Positions 22,325 to 33,250 of a DNA stretch of 64,000 bases are shown piece after piece (positions within the stretch are counted from its first letter, which is position 1; the number at the start of each line of letters is the position of its first letter). The position numbers were made by a program, and so were the translations under genes. The stretch is from Mobula hypostoma (taxonomy: Eukaryota), in NCBI RefSeq assembly GCF_963921235.1, contig NC_086120.1, positions 26,598,001 through 26,662,000 on the forward strand, given 5' to 3'. The notes beneath the pieces are model-generated. The model was not told where the DNA came from. It worked only from the letters and a program-made list of their open reading frames with translations, and did not search any database.

Positions 22325-23341
22325 TTACTTCTGCTTTTCCGCCAAGACTTCAAAAAATCGTTTGAGAGACTCCTTTCCCCGCCTTGTAGGTCTCAGACGA
22401 ATGGTGCTTCCCCGTGAACGGTACCCTCTGAGGTGAATTTTCCTGGATTCAGGCCTGACTCTACCCCGAAGTGAGGTTGGTGACTTCGGAATGTCCCTGG
22501 CACGTACTCTAGAAAGGTCAGCCATTCCCACTGGGAAGTTTTGGAATGTTTGGTTATGAGCCATGTCCCTGGGATGCACTCTGGAAATGTCAGCCATTCC
22601 CACTGGGAAAATTTGCAGTGTTTGGTTGTGTAGCATATCCCTGGCATGCACTCTAGAAACATCAGCCACCGGGAAGTTCTGGAAGGATTGGTTATGAAGG
22701 TTGTCTCTGGCAGGCACTCTAGAAGCATCAGCGTTTCCCGCTGGGAAGTTTTGGAATGACTGGTTTTGAGGGTTCTCTCTCGCAGGCACTCTAGAAGCAT
22801 CAGACATTCCCCCTGGGAAGTTTTGGAATGACTGGTTTTGAGGGTTGTCCCTAGCATGCGCTCTAGAAGCATCAGCCATTCCAGGTAGGAAGTTCTGGAA
22901 TGATTGGTTGAAGGAGATGTCCCTGGGATGCACTCTAGAAACGTCAGCCATTCCCATTGGGAAGTTCTGGAATGTTTGGTTGAAGGAGATGTCCCTGGGA
23001 TGCACTCTAGAAATGTCAGCCATTCCCACCTGGAAATTTTGAAATGTTTGGTCGAGGTCATCGAATTTCATCGAAATCTCTCCTGCCATGGAGGCCCTGC
23101 GTGTTGGGTTGCGTGCCTGGACCAGGGTCGTGGCCATGATAGGATACATGTCATCATCTGAGGGTAATTCGAAGGAGGAGGAATCCATATCATACTGGTA
23201 GAAACCGTTTTCTTCATCCGCCCCTAGGCCGAATGAAGCAAGGATCCTGTCCGCAGCCCATTCAAACCCAGCCAAGAATATATTGAAAACAAATATCCTC
23301 CAGTATGGGAACAGCAGTGTTAACAGTTCCCACAAAGCCAT
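22325..23341 (-). CDS. Uncharacterised 338-aa protein: hydrophobic N-terminus, acidic linker, 8 x 24-aa tandem repeats, Arg-rich tail
   Basis: Longest non-TE ORF in the window, with strong Kozak gaaATGG. It stays open through 96 unique codons before and 52 after the array. The only indel in the array is an in-frame 6 nt, and units show synonymous variation (CAA/CAG, TCA/TCC). Confidence 0.75.
   Translation of the reverse strand: MALWELLTLLFPYWRIFVFNIFLAGFEWAADRILASFGLGADEENGFYQYDMDSSSFELPSDDDMYPIMATTLVQARNPTRRASMAGEISMKFDDLDQTFQNFQVGMADISRVHPRDISFNQTFQNFPMGMADVSRVHPRDISFNQSFQNFLPGMADASRAHARDNPQNQSFQNFPGGMSDASRVPARENPQNQSFQNFPAGNADASRVPARDNLHNQSFQNFPVADVSRVHARDMLHNQTLQIFPVGMADISRVHPRDMAHNQTFQNFPVGMADLSRVRARDIPKSPTSLRGRVRPESRKIHLRGYRSRGSTIRLRPTRRGKESLKRFFEVLAEKQK
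22484..23053 (-). repeat. Coding tandem array, 8 units of 72 nt (unit 6 is 66 nt)
   Basis: Consensus NQ(T/S)FQNFPxGMADxSRVHxRDxxx, residues 97-286. Confidence 0.95.
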
Positions 23342-24246
23342 TTCCTGTTTTCACCATCCATGCGTCTGAGGTGCCCTGGTCCACTGGACCTCTTTGAAAA
23401 ACTGAACAAGATGAATTGAAGTAACTTGAGCTTGAATGTAGATGGCTTGCTTTAGTCATAATGTTGGTGTGATGTCGTACAAGGCCAAATCATTGCGGGG
23501 GAGGGCAGCAGAAACTGTGATATCTTCATTGCAAACCTTGTGTCAGTTCAGAAATATGGTAAACAGAATGTCCAGGTTCTTATTGGAGCTGGTGACAGCA
23601 ACATGAGGACAGTGTCTCCGCAATTCCCTACATGTATTGGAATACTTTGCACTTCTTGAGGCGGATTATAAACACAGCAGAACTGACATAAGAAATTGGG
23701 CAACGAGCAAATTCACATATCAATTCCAACTTTATCTTACTCCCAGGCATCTGTTCTATATATATAAAAAAAATGCTCTAAAAGGATTTGGTTTCAGCCT
23801 GCAACTCGCGCAATTATTCCAAATATAAAGTTGCGTGGATCACTCATCAGTTAAATTCTATCCTAAAATTCAATCCATGGTATTTGAATGTTCATATTAA
23901 AAAAAACAGCCAAATGTATTTGATATTCCACTCCATAAAACCCTACATCAATCTTTTAAGGTTTGAAGATAATTTGCTTCCATTCCATATCCTTATATTC
24001 TTGAATGGTTGATGAGGCTAACCTCATTAGGATGCACAAAACTCTGTCACAATTGAAACAGGAAGTTTGCTTAGATGGTTTCCGCCTTCTGCAGTTTTCT
24101 TCTGTGCCCTCTCAATGATGAGTGCCAAGTTCTCAATACCATGCGAAGTACGTCATATCCATTTCAAGCAGTCATAGATCATGAATTGGTTGCATTTTTT
24201 GAAGAAGGCTTTAAGAACATCTTGAATTATTTTGTCCACTTGATAA

Positions 24247-25399
24247 CACTGGACGACAAAGATTTTGCTTCCTGAATACTGTTGGGTGCATCTTATGGAT
24301 TTTGGGCTGCTGATCATGAAATTTCCCTATCATGCACCTATTATTGTTATTTCAATTCATAATTCAAGTCAGAACAATGGATGCTAAGATTAACAAAGGC
24401 ATTTTTGTTGGTCCACAAATCAAACAGGTCATCAATGACAGATAATTTGAAGAACTTCTAGTGAGACTAGAGAAATCACGTAGAAGGCATTAAAGGATGT
24501 TGAAAATTTTCTTGGCAATTTTTTTTACTGCCCATTATGCTGCTGGTGTTTTGGGCAACAATGGAAGTTCTCCATCTCTGGTGGTGGTTAGAACTTCCTT
24601 CATCATGTTAGTAATTTCCTCTTGGTTTTCACTACTGTCAGTCATGCATTCCCGGGTGGAGACTCAAGAATCCCATCGTACTCAGATGTAGAAGGAATCT
24701 TCATTGCTGTTTCTGTAACAATTTTGTTTTACCAGTCAGCTGAACCCCCAAACCTGAAGGACTGGAGGATGACTGGCCTTTACCCTTTGACCTGTTTGGT
24801 CTGGGTGACTCTACGAAGTCAAAACATAAAGCCCTGACTCCAGCCAACATAGCTCTCCGCATCATTGAGTTATGCAAATCTCCAAATCCTACGATAAGGT
24901 TGAGGTCTTGGCGACTACAGAGCACCAAGCTATGTGCAGCTGGTTGACAACATGCTTCAAGAATACAAAACTATGAAGTGCAACATGTCACTAAAGGTTC
25001 ATTTTCTACATTCCCATTTAAACTTCTTCCCTGCAAATCCTGGTGCTGTCAGTGACGGGCATGGTGAAAGGTTTCACCGGGACATTGCAGTTGTAGAGAA
25101 ACTGGAATCCATTAGTGCTGGCTGAATATTGTTGGACATTTGAGCAAGAAGCCTCAGACGCTGAGTACAAACAAAAATCAATAACAAAACATTTTTAGCT
25201 TAGTTGAACCATTGCAAAGCGTCCGCAACATGATGCAAATAAATGCATATTTAATAAAAGTTAATTTCTTGTTTCTCCAAATTCCTACGTGATACAAATA
25301 CTCTGAAAGTATACTTGTGTTCAGTTCAAGTGGTCTACTATAAACAAAACAAAAACCCTGAGGAAGCAACACTTACGAAAAAATATTGTTGGTCCAGTG
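24247..25399 (+). mobile_element. Chapaev3-like (CMC superfamily) DNA transposon, internally deleted
   Basis: TIRs CACTGGAC.../...GTCCAGTG and a 3-bp TSD TAA at 24244-24246 and 25400-25402. Transposase remnants GIFVGPQIKQVI and MSLKVHFLHSHLNFFPANPGAVSDGHGERFHRDI. The family name is from motif recognition, not a database search. Confidence 0.75.
24519..24905 (-). mobile_element. Short retroposon (RTE-associated-like) inserted in the Chapaev transposase
   Basis: Flanked by duplicated tcttggc(a/g)a. Same family as 52415-52745. Confidence 0.6.
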
Positions 25400-27885
25400 T
25401 AATTTCTTGTCGGAGTAGCATGTGTCCCAGCAACTTGGCTTACCCAACAAAGCCAATTAAGTGTAATTTGGAAGGCAGTGCTTGAGACGTCTGGAAGATG
25501 ATGCTGACGTTGGCTATTCTGGCATTTGGAGGACCTTGCGGAGACAAGGTTTGTCCTATTTCTCGAATGCCTGCGGTAGGTAGTCAGGATTCTGTTCCAA
25601 TTGTGACAGAAATCGTACCTCCGACGTTTTCCATATTTACCATCCAAGAATAAGGGGTGAAAGCACATCATCCGTCAAACTCTGTGAAGACTGAAATAGG
25701 TGTGTATGAGGAGAGAAGCCAACAGGGAGGACAAGGATCACTGCTGCATTGTAGGCCACAAATTTTGTTCTTGGTTTGAAGTCAACATATTTTTGTTCAG
25801 GTGGCTAAAGGTGTGTTAATCTTATAATTAATTCTATGTTGAGATGAAGCTCTTGAGGTACGAGAAGCAGTCTATTAATTGCATTGCCTTTTTATTGTCT
25901 TTTATTCCTTGGGTTGAATTGCTGAATGAATTGTTGCATTGTGTAGCAGGGGCAAGTTGGTAGAAATCTGTTGTTTTACAGGGATTTAATATACGGCTTC
26001 GGTGAACAAATCAACGATCAGTTTCTGTGCACTAACATGGAAGCTTGTGTGATTGTGACCCTGCAGTGCCGTGCCGTTTTAATTTTGTACCCTAGTTCAG
26101 CTCAACTCTTGCAGCAAATTTGAAATTGAAGTATGGTATTAAGATAAGAAAGCTGGGTAAAGTGTAGTGATGAGTTAGACTTGCTTTTACTTTGGTCCTT
26201 GCATAAATAAGGATTATTGGAAAAAGAGGTAGGTGGAGCTGAGCAAAGATTATCTTTATTTGTCACATGTACATTGAAGCATAGAGTGAAATGCATCACT
26301 TGCACCAAATAAAATCAGGAACAATTGTGTTGGACAGCTTGTCGCCATGCCTCTGGCGCCAACATAGCATGCCAGAACTCACTAAGCTTAACCGTACATC
26401 TTTGGAATGTGGGAGGATTACAGAGTACCTGGAGAAAACCCACGTGGTCACAGGGAGAAACAGTGGCAGGAATTCATACAGCTGCATGTCATCATCTTAT
26501 TGAATGGCGGAGTTGACTCAGCAGGCCAGATGGCCTATTTCTGTTCCCATTTCTCATGTTCTTATTGACATCAGTTTGCACTGAAATTGGGTCTATATAG
26601 ATTTGTGGGTTAAGACTGTGGTTAGCAGATGTAGGATGGAGCTTACGGTAATTTCTGAGGGCGGTCATAGTTGAGCAGGATGTTTTACAGACTCATTGAA
26701 ACAGTGAGAAGCTTTTGTGAGGACAAAACAAAAGGCAATGTGTAGTGGTTAAGGCCACTCACAGCACTTAACTTGGAGCAGTTGTGCAGTAAAGATTATG
26801 TTCATTGCAGTTCTGCCTGAATAGAATCCATTCTGCAGTGTTGGAACAACACTGGACTGGCTTTCTCTGTGGTAGGCAGCAGGAAAATCTCTCTAGATAC
26901 TACAGTCAGATCTTCTCTTTTTTGAATATGATTGAAATTATGATGACTGTAAAGTCCCTTGACATGTTCCTCCTTTGAGATTCCAACCTATTACTTCTTC
27001 CCTGGTATTTTATTTATTCTGCATATAAAATGTATTTCTCAAACTTCTCCCCTTCTTGAGTTGTCATGTACACTTCATACTATAACTGACTCCTAGACAT
27101 TCGCTATTGTGTAAATTAATTCAGATCCTTTTGTTAATTTCCAGTCTACAATATACTCTCAGTTATCCCCACCCCTGAACCCTTTAACCAAATCAAATAT
27201 TTAGATTTTACTCTGATCTAATTCTGAGCATTTGCCAAGAACAATCATGGTCATGGATAGAGCAACAGCAAGACGGGGGTCTTCTCCCAGACAACAATCC
27301 CTCGCTTGGTAGACAGATGGATGACCATGATTGCCCACATCAAATGAGACAACACATGATGATGAATCTGAGTGCCTGTTTTTGTTTCTGGATTTTTATA
27401 GTTCTGACCTCTCTTAGAGGGAGAAACAGCACAAGATAGACCCTTCAGCCCACATCAACCACCGATTTACACTATTTCTACATTCCTATCAAATCCCCAG
27501 ATTCTGACACTCAGCTGCACACGAGGAGTAGTTTGCAGTGACCAATTAACCTATTAACCTGCATGTCTTTCTTGGAATGTGGGAGGAACAGTTAGAGAGA
27601 AAATATACAAATTACATAGACAGTACCTATCCCAAGTTAGGTTTGAACCTGGGACTCTGGCACTGTGTGGCAGTGGCTCTAATGGATTAAAACCCATTGA
27701 TTATAATTTCTGCCAATACTAGCTCTTGAATATTCTGTAATATAATCTCCTCCCTCCCTTAATTTAAGACAGAAATTCACTTCTGGGTATTGTTATTCTT
27801 TATAAAACCCATTTGATTAGCTTCCAGCTGGTAACTAACTGGATGTCTATCTCTGGATGAGATGATAACGTGGAACCCCTCTGTA

Positions 27886-28015
27886 AGTCCTGATGAAGGG
27901 TCTCAGCCTGAAATGTTGACTGTACTCTTTTCCAGAGATACTGCCTGGCCTGCTGAGTTCCTCCAGCATTTTGTGTGTGTTGCTTGGATTTCCAGCATCT
28001 GCACATTTTCTCGTT
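27886..28015 (+). mobile_element. Penelope pLTR-like repeat beginning with a hammerhead motif (27886-27921)
   Basis: AGTC-CTGATGA-A-GGG-tctcag-CCT-GAAA-TGTT-GACT followed by the family body ctgcctggcctgctgagttcctccagcattttgtgtg. Confidence 0.65.
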
Positions 28016-28677
28016 TCTGATTAGACTCCTGTGTATCCATTATTCGATATATGAATTCCTCAAACATTTGCCAATTAAATTCCAGCCTATAACACAATTC
28101 CAAATGTCTTTTTTCCCCCTAAATTTTACCATGACCCTGACTTCCAAAGGCCTAGAGTGGGCTGCAGCTTCTGCCCAAGATATTTCATCTAGAATCACAG
28201 CTCCACCTTTTCAATCCCTCTATCCGATTCCAGTCAATAAGATCCTTATGTAGATCTGTTAATCTATTATCTGTCTTTACTGGATTTTAAAAGCAAATTG
28301 GTAAATAAACTACGGATGTTGTAAATCTGAAACAAAACAGAAGATACTGGAAATACTCAGCAGATTATTCAGCATTTGTGGAAAGGGATTAAAGTTAATG
28401 GATTGACCTTTAACAATTTCTACTTTACAACTAAAGTTTAGCAAGATTAATGAGGAAATAGTACAGAAGTCGAACTAATTGTAGGGTTCTTTCAAAGAAC
28501 CAGTACAGTCAAATTGGTTGAGTGACCTCGGCTTATTTCCTACAGTTCTGACAAAAGATTATTGATCCAAAACATTTATTCTGTTCCTCTACTCAATTGT
28601 ACTGCCTAAATTGAGTAGACCAAATCTTCATTTCAGATTTCAAGCACCTTTTAGTAATTATTATTTACATTGCTCAC

Positions 28678-29210
28678 CGTTTAAAGAAAACTACATGTCC
28701 CAGAATAAATCACGCGCTTTCAGGCATGTTCACTCGTTGCTGATAGTTATTGGTTTCCATAGAGCCTGCCGCTATTTGATTCGCTAGGGCACTAATGGCT
28801 CTATGATTGGTCACTTTGCCCTCCGCAATCTGATAGGGTACATGGCCCTTCTGATTTGATACAGTTGTTATTCTGCGTGGTGATTGGCTCTGTGTAGTGG
28901 TAATCTCTGATTGGACATATTATGATTTGCTACTTCGTTGCTGCGTGCCGATTGGCTGCCGCAGGTCACGGGGCATTGTACCCAGGCAGCGGCCGGACAG
29001 CGGCCTCAGCGCTACTCCACAGCGGGGCTCAAAGGGCCTCAAATTCGGCCTGCAGCCACTCAACGTCGGGGCTGAAGGGCCTGTTCTACGGCCTCTCAGC
29101 AACTCTGTAGCGGTGCCGAGCGGCTCCCCATACCGACGCTCTCAGTGCCTGGTTCCGGCCTCGCGTTTACCTCCTCCCCGGCGGTGCCGGGACCCGGGCC
29201 CCGGGCGGTC
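28678..29210. promoter_or_regulatory. CDC34 CpG-island promoter with a ZNF143/THAP11 motif and five CCAAT boxes
   Basis: ACTACATGTCCCAGAAT at 28690-28706 matches ACTAYRnnnCCCR. ATTGG at 28749, 28806, 28883, 28910 and 28951. CpG-rich 5' UTR. Confidence 0.75.
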
Positions 29211-29387
29211 ATGGCTCACCAGCAGACCAGCAGCTCCCAGAAGGCGCTGATGTTGGAGCTGAAGAGCCTGCAGGAGGAGCCAGTCGAGGGTTTCCGCATT
29301 ACCCTGGTCGACGAATCTGACCTGTATAATTGGGAGGTGGCAATCTTCGGGCCGCCCAACACGCATTATGAGGGTGGCTACTTCAAG
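29211..29387 (+). CDS. CDC34: Ubiquitin-conjugating enzyme E2 R (CDC34), exon 1
   Basis: MAHQQTSSSQKALMLELKSLQEEPVEGF...EGGYFK; donor AAG|GTAAGG; 177 nt. The symbol is assigned by synteny, as the sequence is UBE2R2-like. Confidence 0.9.
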
Positions 29388-31744
29388 GTAAGGCTGCAGA
29401 CACAACATGATGGGCCCAGCTTGGGGGAAGTGCACGAACTACCGGGAGTCGGTGTTGGGGTGGAATGGGGGTTGGAGTGGTGTGGAGAAAGGGGAAAAAC
29501 CCAGGGGCGGAAAGCTCCTTTGTCCCAGTCGGCGATGGAACAGGTCTGGGAGACTGTTCCGGTAGTTTAGTTCTGATTTCATCCCAACGGATGTTGTACA
29601 AGGTAATTGGGTCGAAACATTGCCCCTTGCCGCCCTCGAAATGAAGTTAAGAATGTCCCCTCTTTCTCCTTCCCCACCCCCATGAACAGCAGACTTGTGG
29701 CTCTCGTGATCCTTACGTGGGAGTGTGTGGGGTGGGGTTCTCGAATTGTTTTGGTCCAGGATGGGTTCGTATTGACAATGGGGTGGCGAGACGTGGGATC
29801 TGTAGATTCTGTGGCTGCTTTTGCTTAGTCTCTTCAGGAGTAATCTTTCTCAATGTCCCATACATATGGGAGAAGAGGTTTAAGTAGATACAAGAGGCTG
29901 CAGGTGTTGGAAGCTGAGAGTGGATCTGGTAGAGGACAGATAATTGAGAGTATAAATATTATGAAACACGATGTGAATACAATTCGGTCACTTTAATTTT
30001 GGAGTACTGGTCTGGGGAGCAGTTCCCTGATTCTTAGTTTGTAGTACACAGTAAGTATGAGCCGCTCACTGGCCATTATTCCAGCTGTGTGATGGCGAGA
30101 AACATGCTCAAATTGTGCACTGGTGCCTTTGTGTTAAATGGCCTTTAGGTTGGTTAGCTGCACAGCTTAGCTGTTGACTGTCAATGGATTGCTTCTTAAG
30201 TCTATTTGGAGTTGCCAGCAGTGGCAGGGTGACCACTTGTTGACATACTAGTGCCTTGCTGTTTTTGTGGTTTTTTCTTTGTTAAATGCTTCTAATCTTT
30301 CCCAGCCCAAATTCTGGTTTTGAATGTCCTTGATTTTAATGTTGCTACCCACTGGCAATTTAAACCCTTTTTAAGACTTTGTCTTTGACATTGATAAGTC
30401 TTTGGCATGTGATCTGGTTTTTTAAATTCATTGAATACTTTGGTATCATGTTCTAATTGATAACGCTCCTGTGGAGAAGCAGGGTTGTTTCATTACTCTT
30501 GCTGAGTGACATTCAGAAACTGAGGTTAGTAAATGGCAGTGTGCCATTTACAAAAGGGAGTTATCTTAAATGTATCTCCATTGTGCTTGTATCAAGGGTA
30601 GGATGTGGTGATACGGTCGATAAATTGGTGCCAGTTATCACAGTTGCACAGTGGAAAATGGAAGATTGGGCCTGTGAGCTTCAGGGAGTTGATGCACTGC
30701 CACGTGTGGAGTCTGTGAGGAGTACTTGCAGTGTTCAGGTCAGCAATTGTCTTCAGACAGGTGAAGGTGGGAACAAAGAACAGTGTGTCATGGTTACTGT
30801 AGTCCTGTAGATTTAAGTCCTTGTGGCTGGAAGTAGAGGGAGTGAGTGAATATTTTCAAAGTAGGTATGTAAATTGCCCCTCTGAATTAAGCTTTAAGCG
30901 GCTGGCACTGGAAAACTTAGAAGTTCTACGGTGCATTGCACACCCTGGGTTTAGCCAGCCTGCCTGTAGTAATTCACACGAGCATCAATGTGCTGTGTGA
31001 ACAAAGTCACCAGAGAGTACTGGTATATGTCTCTGAATTCGACAAAATATCACAAAGGAGCTGACAGCCTTTGGAGCAAGGGGTCTGCCTGGCCCAACAC
31101 TATATGATACTTTGTATGCTAAAAATCAAAGGTCAATTCCATATTTACAATCCTTCTTTTGAACTACATGTAAACGTTTAAAACACCTGGATCTTCCAGC
31201 CAGCACACCTCCCTGTTTGCACCTATGTTACAGACATCAAATTACACAAAAGTACCGGATTTAAATCAGCATTGTCTGTTCTTCCAATTTAACTTGGTTC
31301 ACAGGAGCCCATTGCTCAGAGTTGCATTTTAGGCTCGATCCACAGTTCATATTTGAGTCTGAAGGCTAGTGGCTGAAGTTAGTTATTTGCTACATGTGCT
31401 AACCGCCCAAAGGTTGCTCTAACAGTGTGTAGTTTTGATCAGCTCACCAGCAAGTGGAGTTAGTCTGGAGCGCTCTTGCTGCTTTCAAGTTGGACAGCTC
31501 ATCCTCTTAGCTTCTGTAACCGTGTTTCCCTCATTGCTGCCCATACTATAGTGATGCACTCCTGCCATTTTGTGTGGTGATCTTCAATATTCTCCAGCTG
31601 AGTCATTGCACATGAACCACGGCAATACATGTGACCGATTCGGGTAAGGGTTCTCTGGGGGTGGTCAAAGTGATTAACGTGGTTCAGGGCTGAATATGAG
31701 GTTTCTGCTCTCAGCCCCTTAACAGCTTGCTTGCTCCCTGCCAG

Positions 31745-31831
31745 GCTCAGCTGATGTTCCCCATGGATTACCCCTACTCTCCACCATCGTTCCGTTTCCT
31801 TACCAAGATGTGGCATCCAAATATCTACGAG
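31745..31831 (+). CDS. CDC34: CDC34 exon 2
   Basis: AQLMFPMDYPYSPPSFRFLTKMWHPNIYE; CAG/GTAAGA; 87 nt. Confidence 0.93.
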
Positions 31832-33018
31832 GTAAGATGGGGTAGGGGAGGTGAAAGGGTGCACGCACAAATCGTTGGTATGAAGCAGGTGGACCTCGGA
31901 AATGAGAACTTGACAAACTCGTAGGCATGCAGCAGAGAAAATACCCTTTGGTTCACTATTTCTGCTAGCCGTCAAATTCCTATCTACGAAAATGGCATTT
32001 TAAATGTTTGACTCATAATCCTGTCCTTTTAAGTGCTTATTTAAATGCTTTTTAAAACGACAGTGTGTCTGTCTCTTGCCCTCCGTTGGGGAGTATATTC
32101 AGATCTAAACTTCTACCTCTCACCTTCAGATAATGACTTCTGGTCATGGACGTCTATATTAAGGGAAAGAGTTTCTTGCTATCCTTCTGAATTTTGCATT
32201 CCTGGTTCAGGTCGCCCTTCAGTCATCTCTGCTTCAAAGGAAACCTTCCTTTTGTTTTTTGTAGCTGAAATGCTGCCTTTCAGATTCCTGTTGAATTTCT
32301 TCTGCACCCCTCCAACAATACGAACACAGCATTCAGGCTGTGGCTTAACTAGGATTCACATAGTTGTACCATAACCTTCCTGCTCTTATAATCTATTAGA
32401 GCAAGTAGCACTTTGCCATCTTAACCAGCTTGTGTACCTGTGCTGAATATTTTGATGTGTATTCCAAGGTCCCTATATATGCCCTGGGGTCCAAACTTGC
32501 ATTTTTTTTCAGGTTAGGAGGATGTGTTCACATGACCCTCCTGGGGGTGTGGTTTGTGTGCTTTGATCCTTGGGGTGTAATGATTAAATGCAGAGGTTTA
32601 ACTGGTATGGTAGAGTTTTGAATGGCAGTGACACTTGCTTTGTGAGAATTGGGTTTGGTATTACATCAAATGATGCTTGGGCTGAAAGGAGGCATCCATT
32701 ATGGTTGGGTTTGAATCAACGTCAGTTATTATTATTCTTCATCAGGCTCCTGAAGCAGCGTAGATAACTTGACTCACCTCAATAGATAACTTGACTCACC
32801 TCAACTCTGAATTGATTGCACAACTTATGGAATGTATAAACTTATATTGTCAGTGTTTATTTACTCATCGTGCACCTTGGTTGTTTCCGTCTTTGTGCGC
32901 AGTTTTTCATTGATTTCTCGGCCTGCAAGAAAATGAATCGCAAGATAGTAAATGTGCATCTATAATAAATTGCTTTGAAGTATTTGAGGGGTTAATTTCA
33001 CTCCCCATTATCCTGCAG

Positions 33019-33116
33019 AATGGCGATGTGTGCATTTCGATTCTGCATCCACCTGTCGATGACCCCCAAAGCGGAGAACTGCCCTCTGAGAGATGGAATC
33101 CCACGCAGAATGTCAG
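33019..33116 (+). CDS. CDC34: CDC34 exon 3 (catalytic Cys and acidic loop)
   Basis: NGDVCISILHPPVDDPQSGELPSERWNPTQNVR; 98 nt. Confidence 0.93.
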
Positions 33117-33250
33117 GTACAGACTTCCGGGGAGCATAGAGGTTATTTTCGAGCTGTGGTGATTATTGTCTCTATTTTCTGTAATTATATGCCTAAAAGG
33201 TGTCCATGTCTCTGCTTGTTTGTAACTGTGTTCCTGGTTTCCCAATGCAG

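Noticed and set aside
22484-23053. Orphan repeats as a furin/convertase-cleaved peptide polyprotein
   Set aside because: The recurring motif is R-x-x-x-R (RVHPR), not R-x-x-R, and there are no dibasic sites between units.
22393-23061. 222-aa overlapping ORF in a second - strand frame (dual coding)
   Set aside because: It is largely confined to the repeat array. Its W/C residues follow from the main-frame codons (e.g. ATG GCT), and a stop-free unit repeats as a stop-free frame.
32761-32804. 22-bp perfect tandem duplication
   Set aside because: A simple local slippage inside an intronic repeat remnant with no sign of function.
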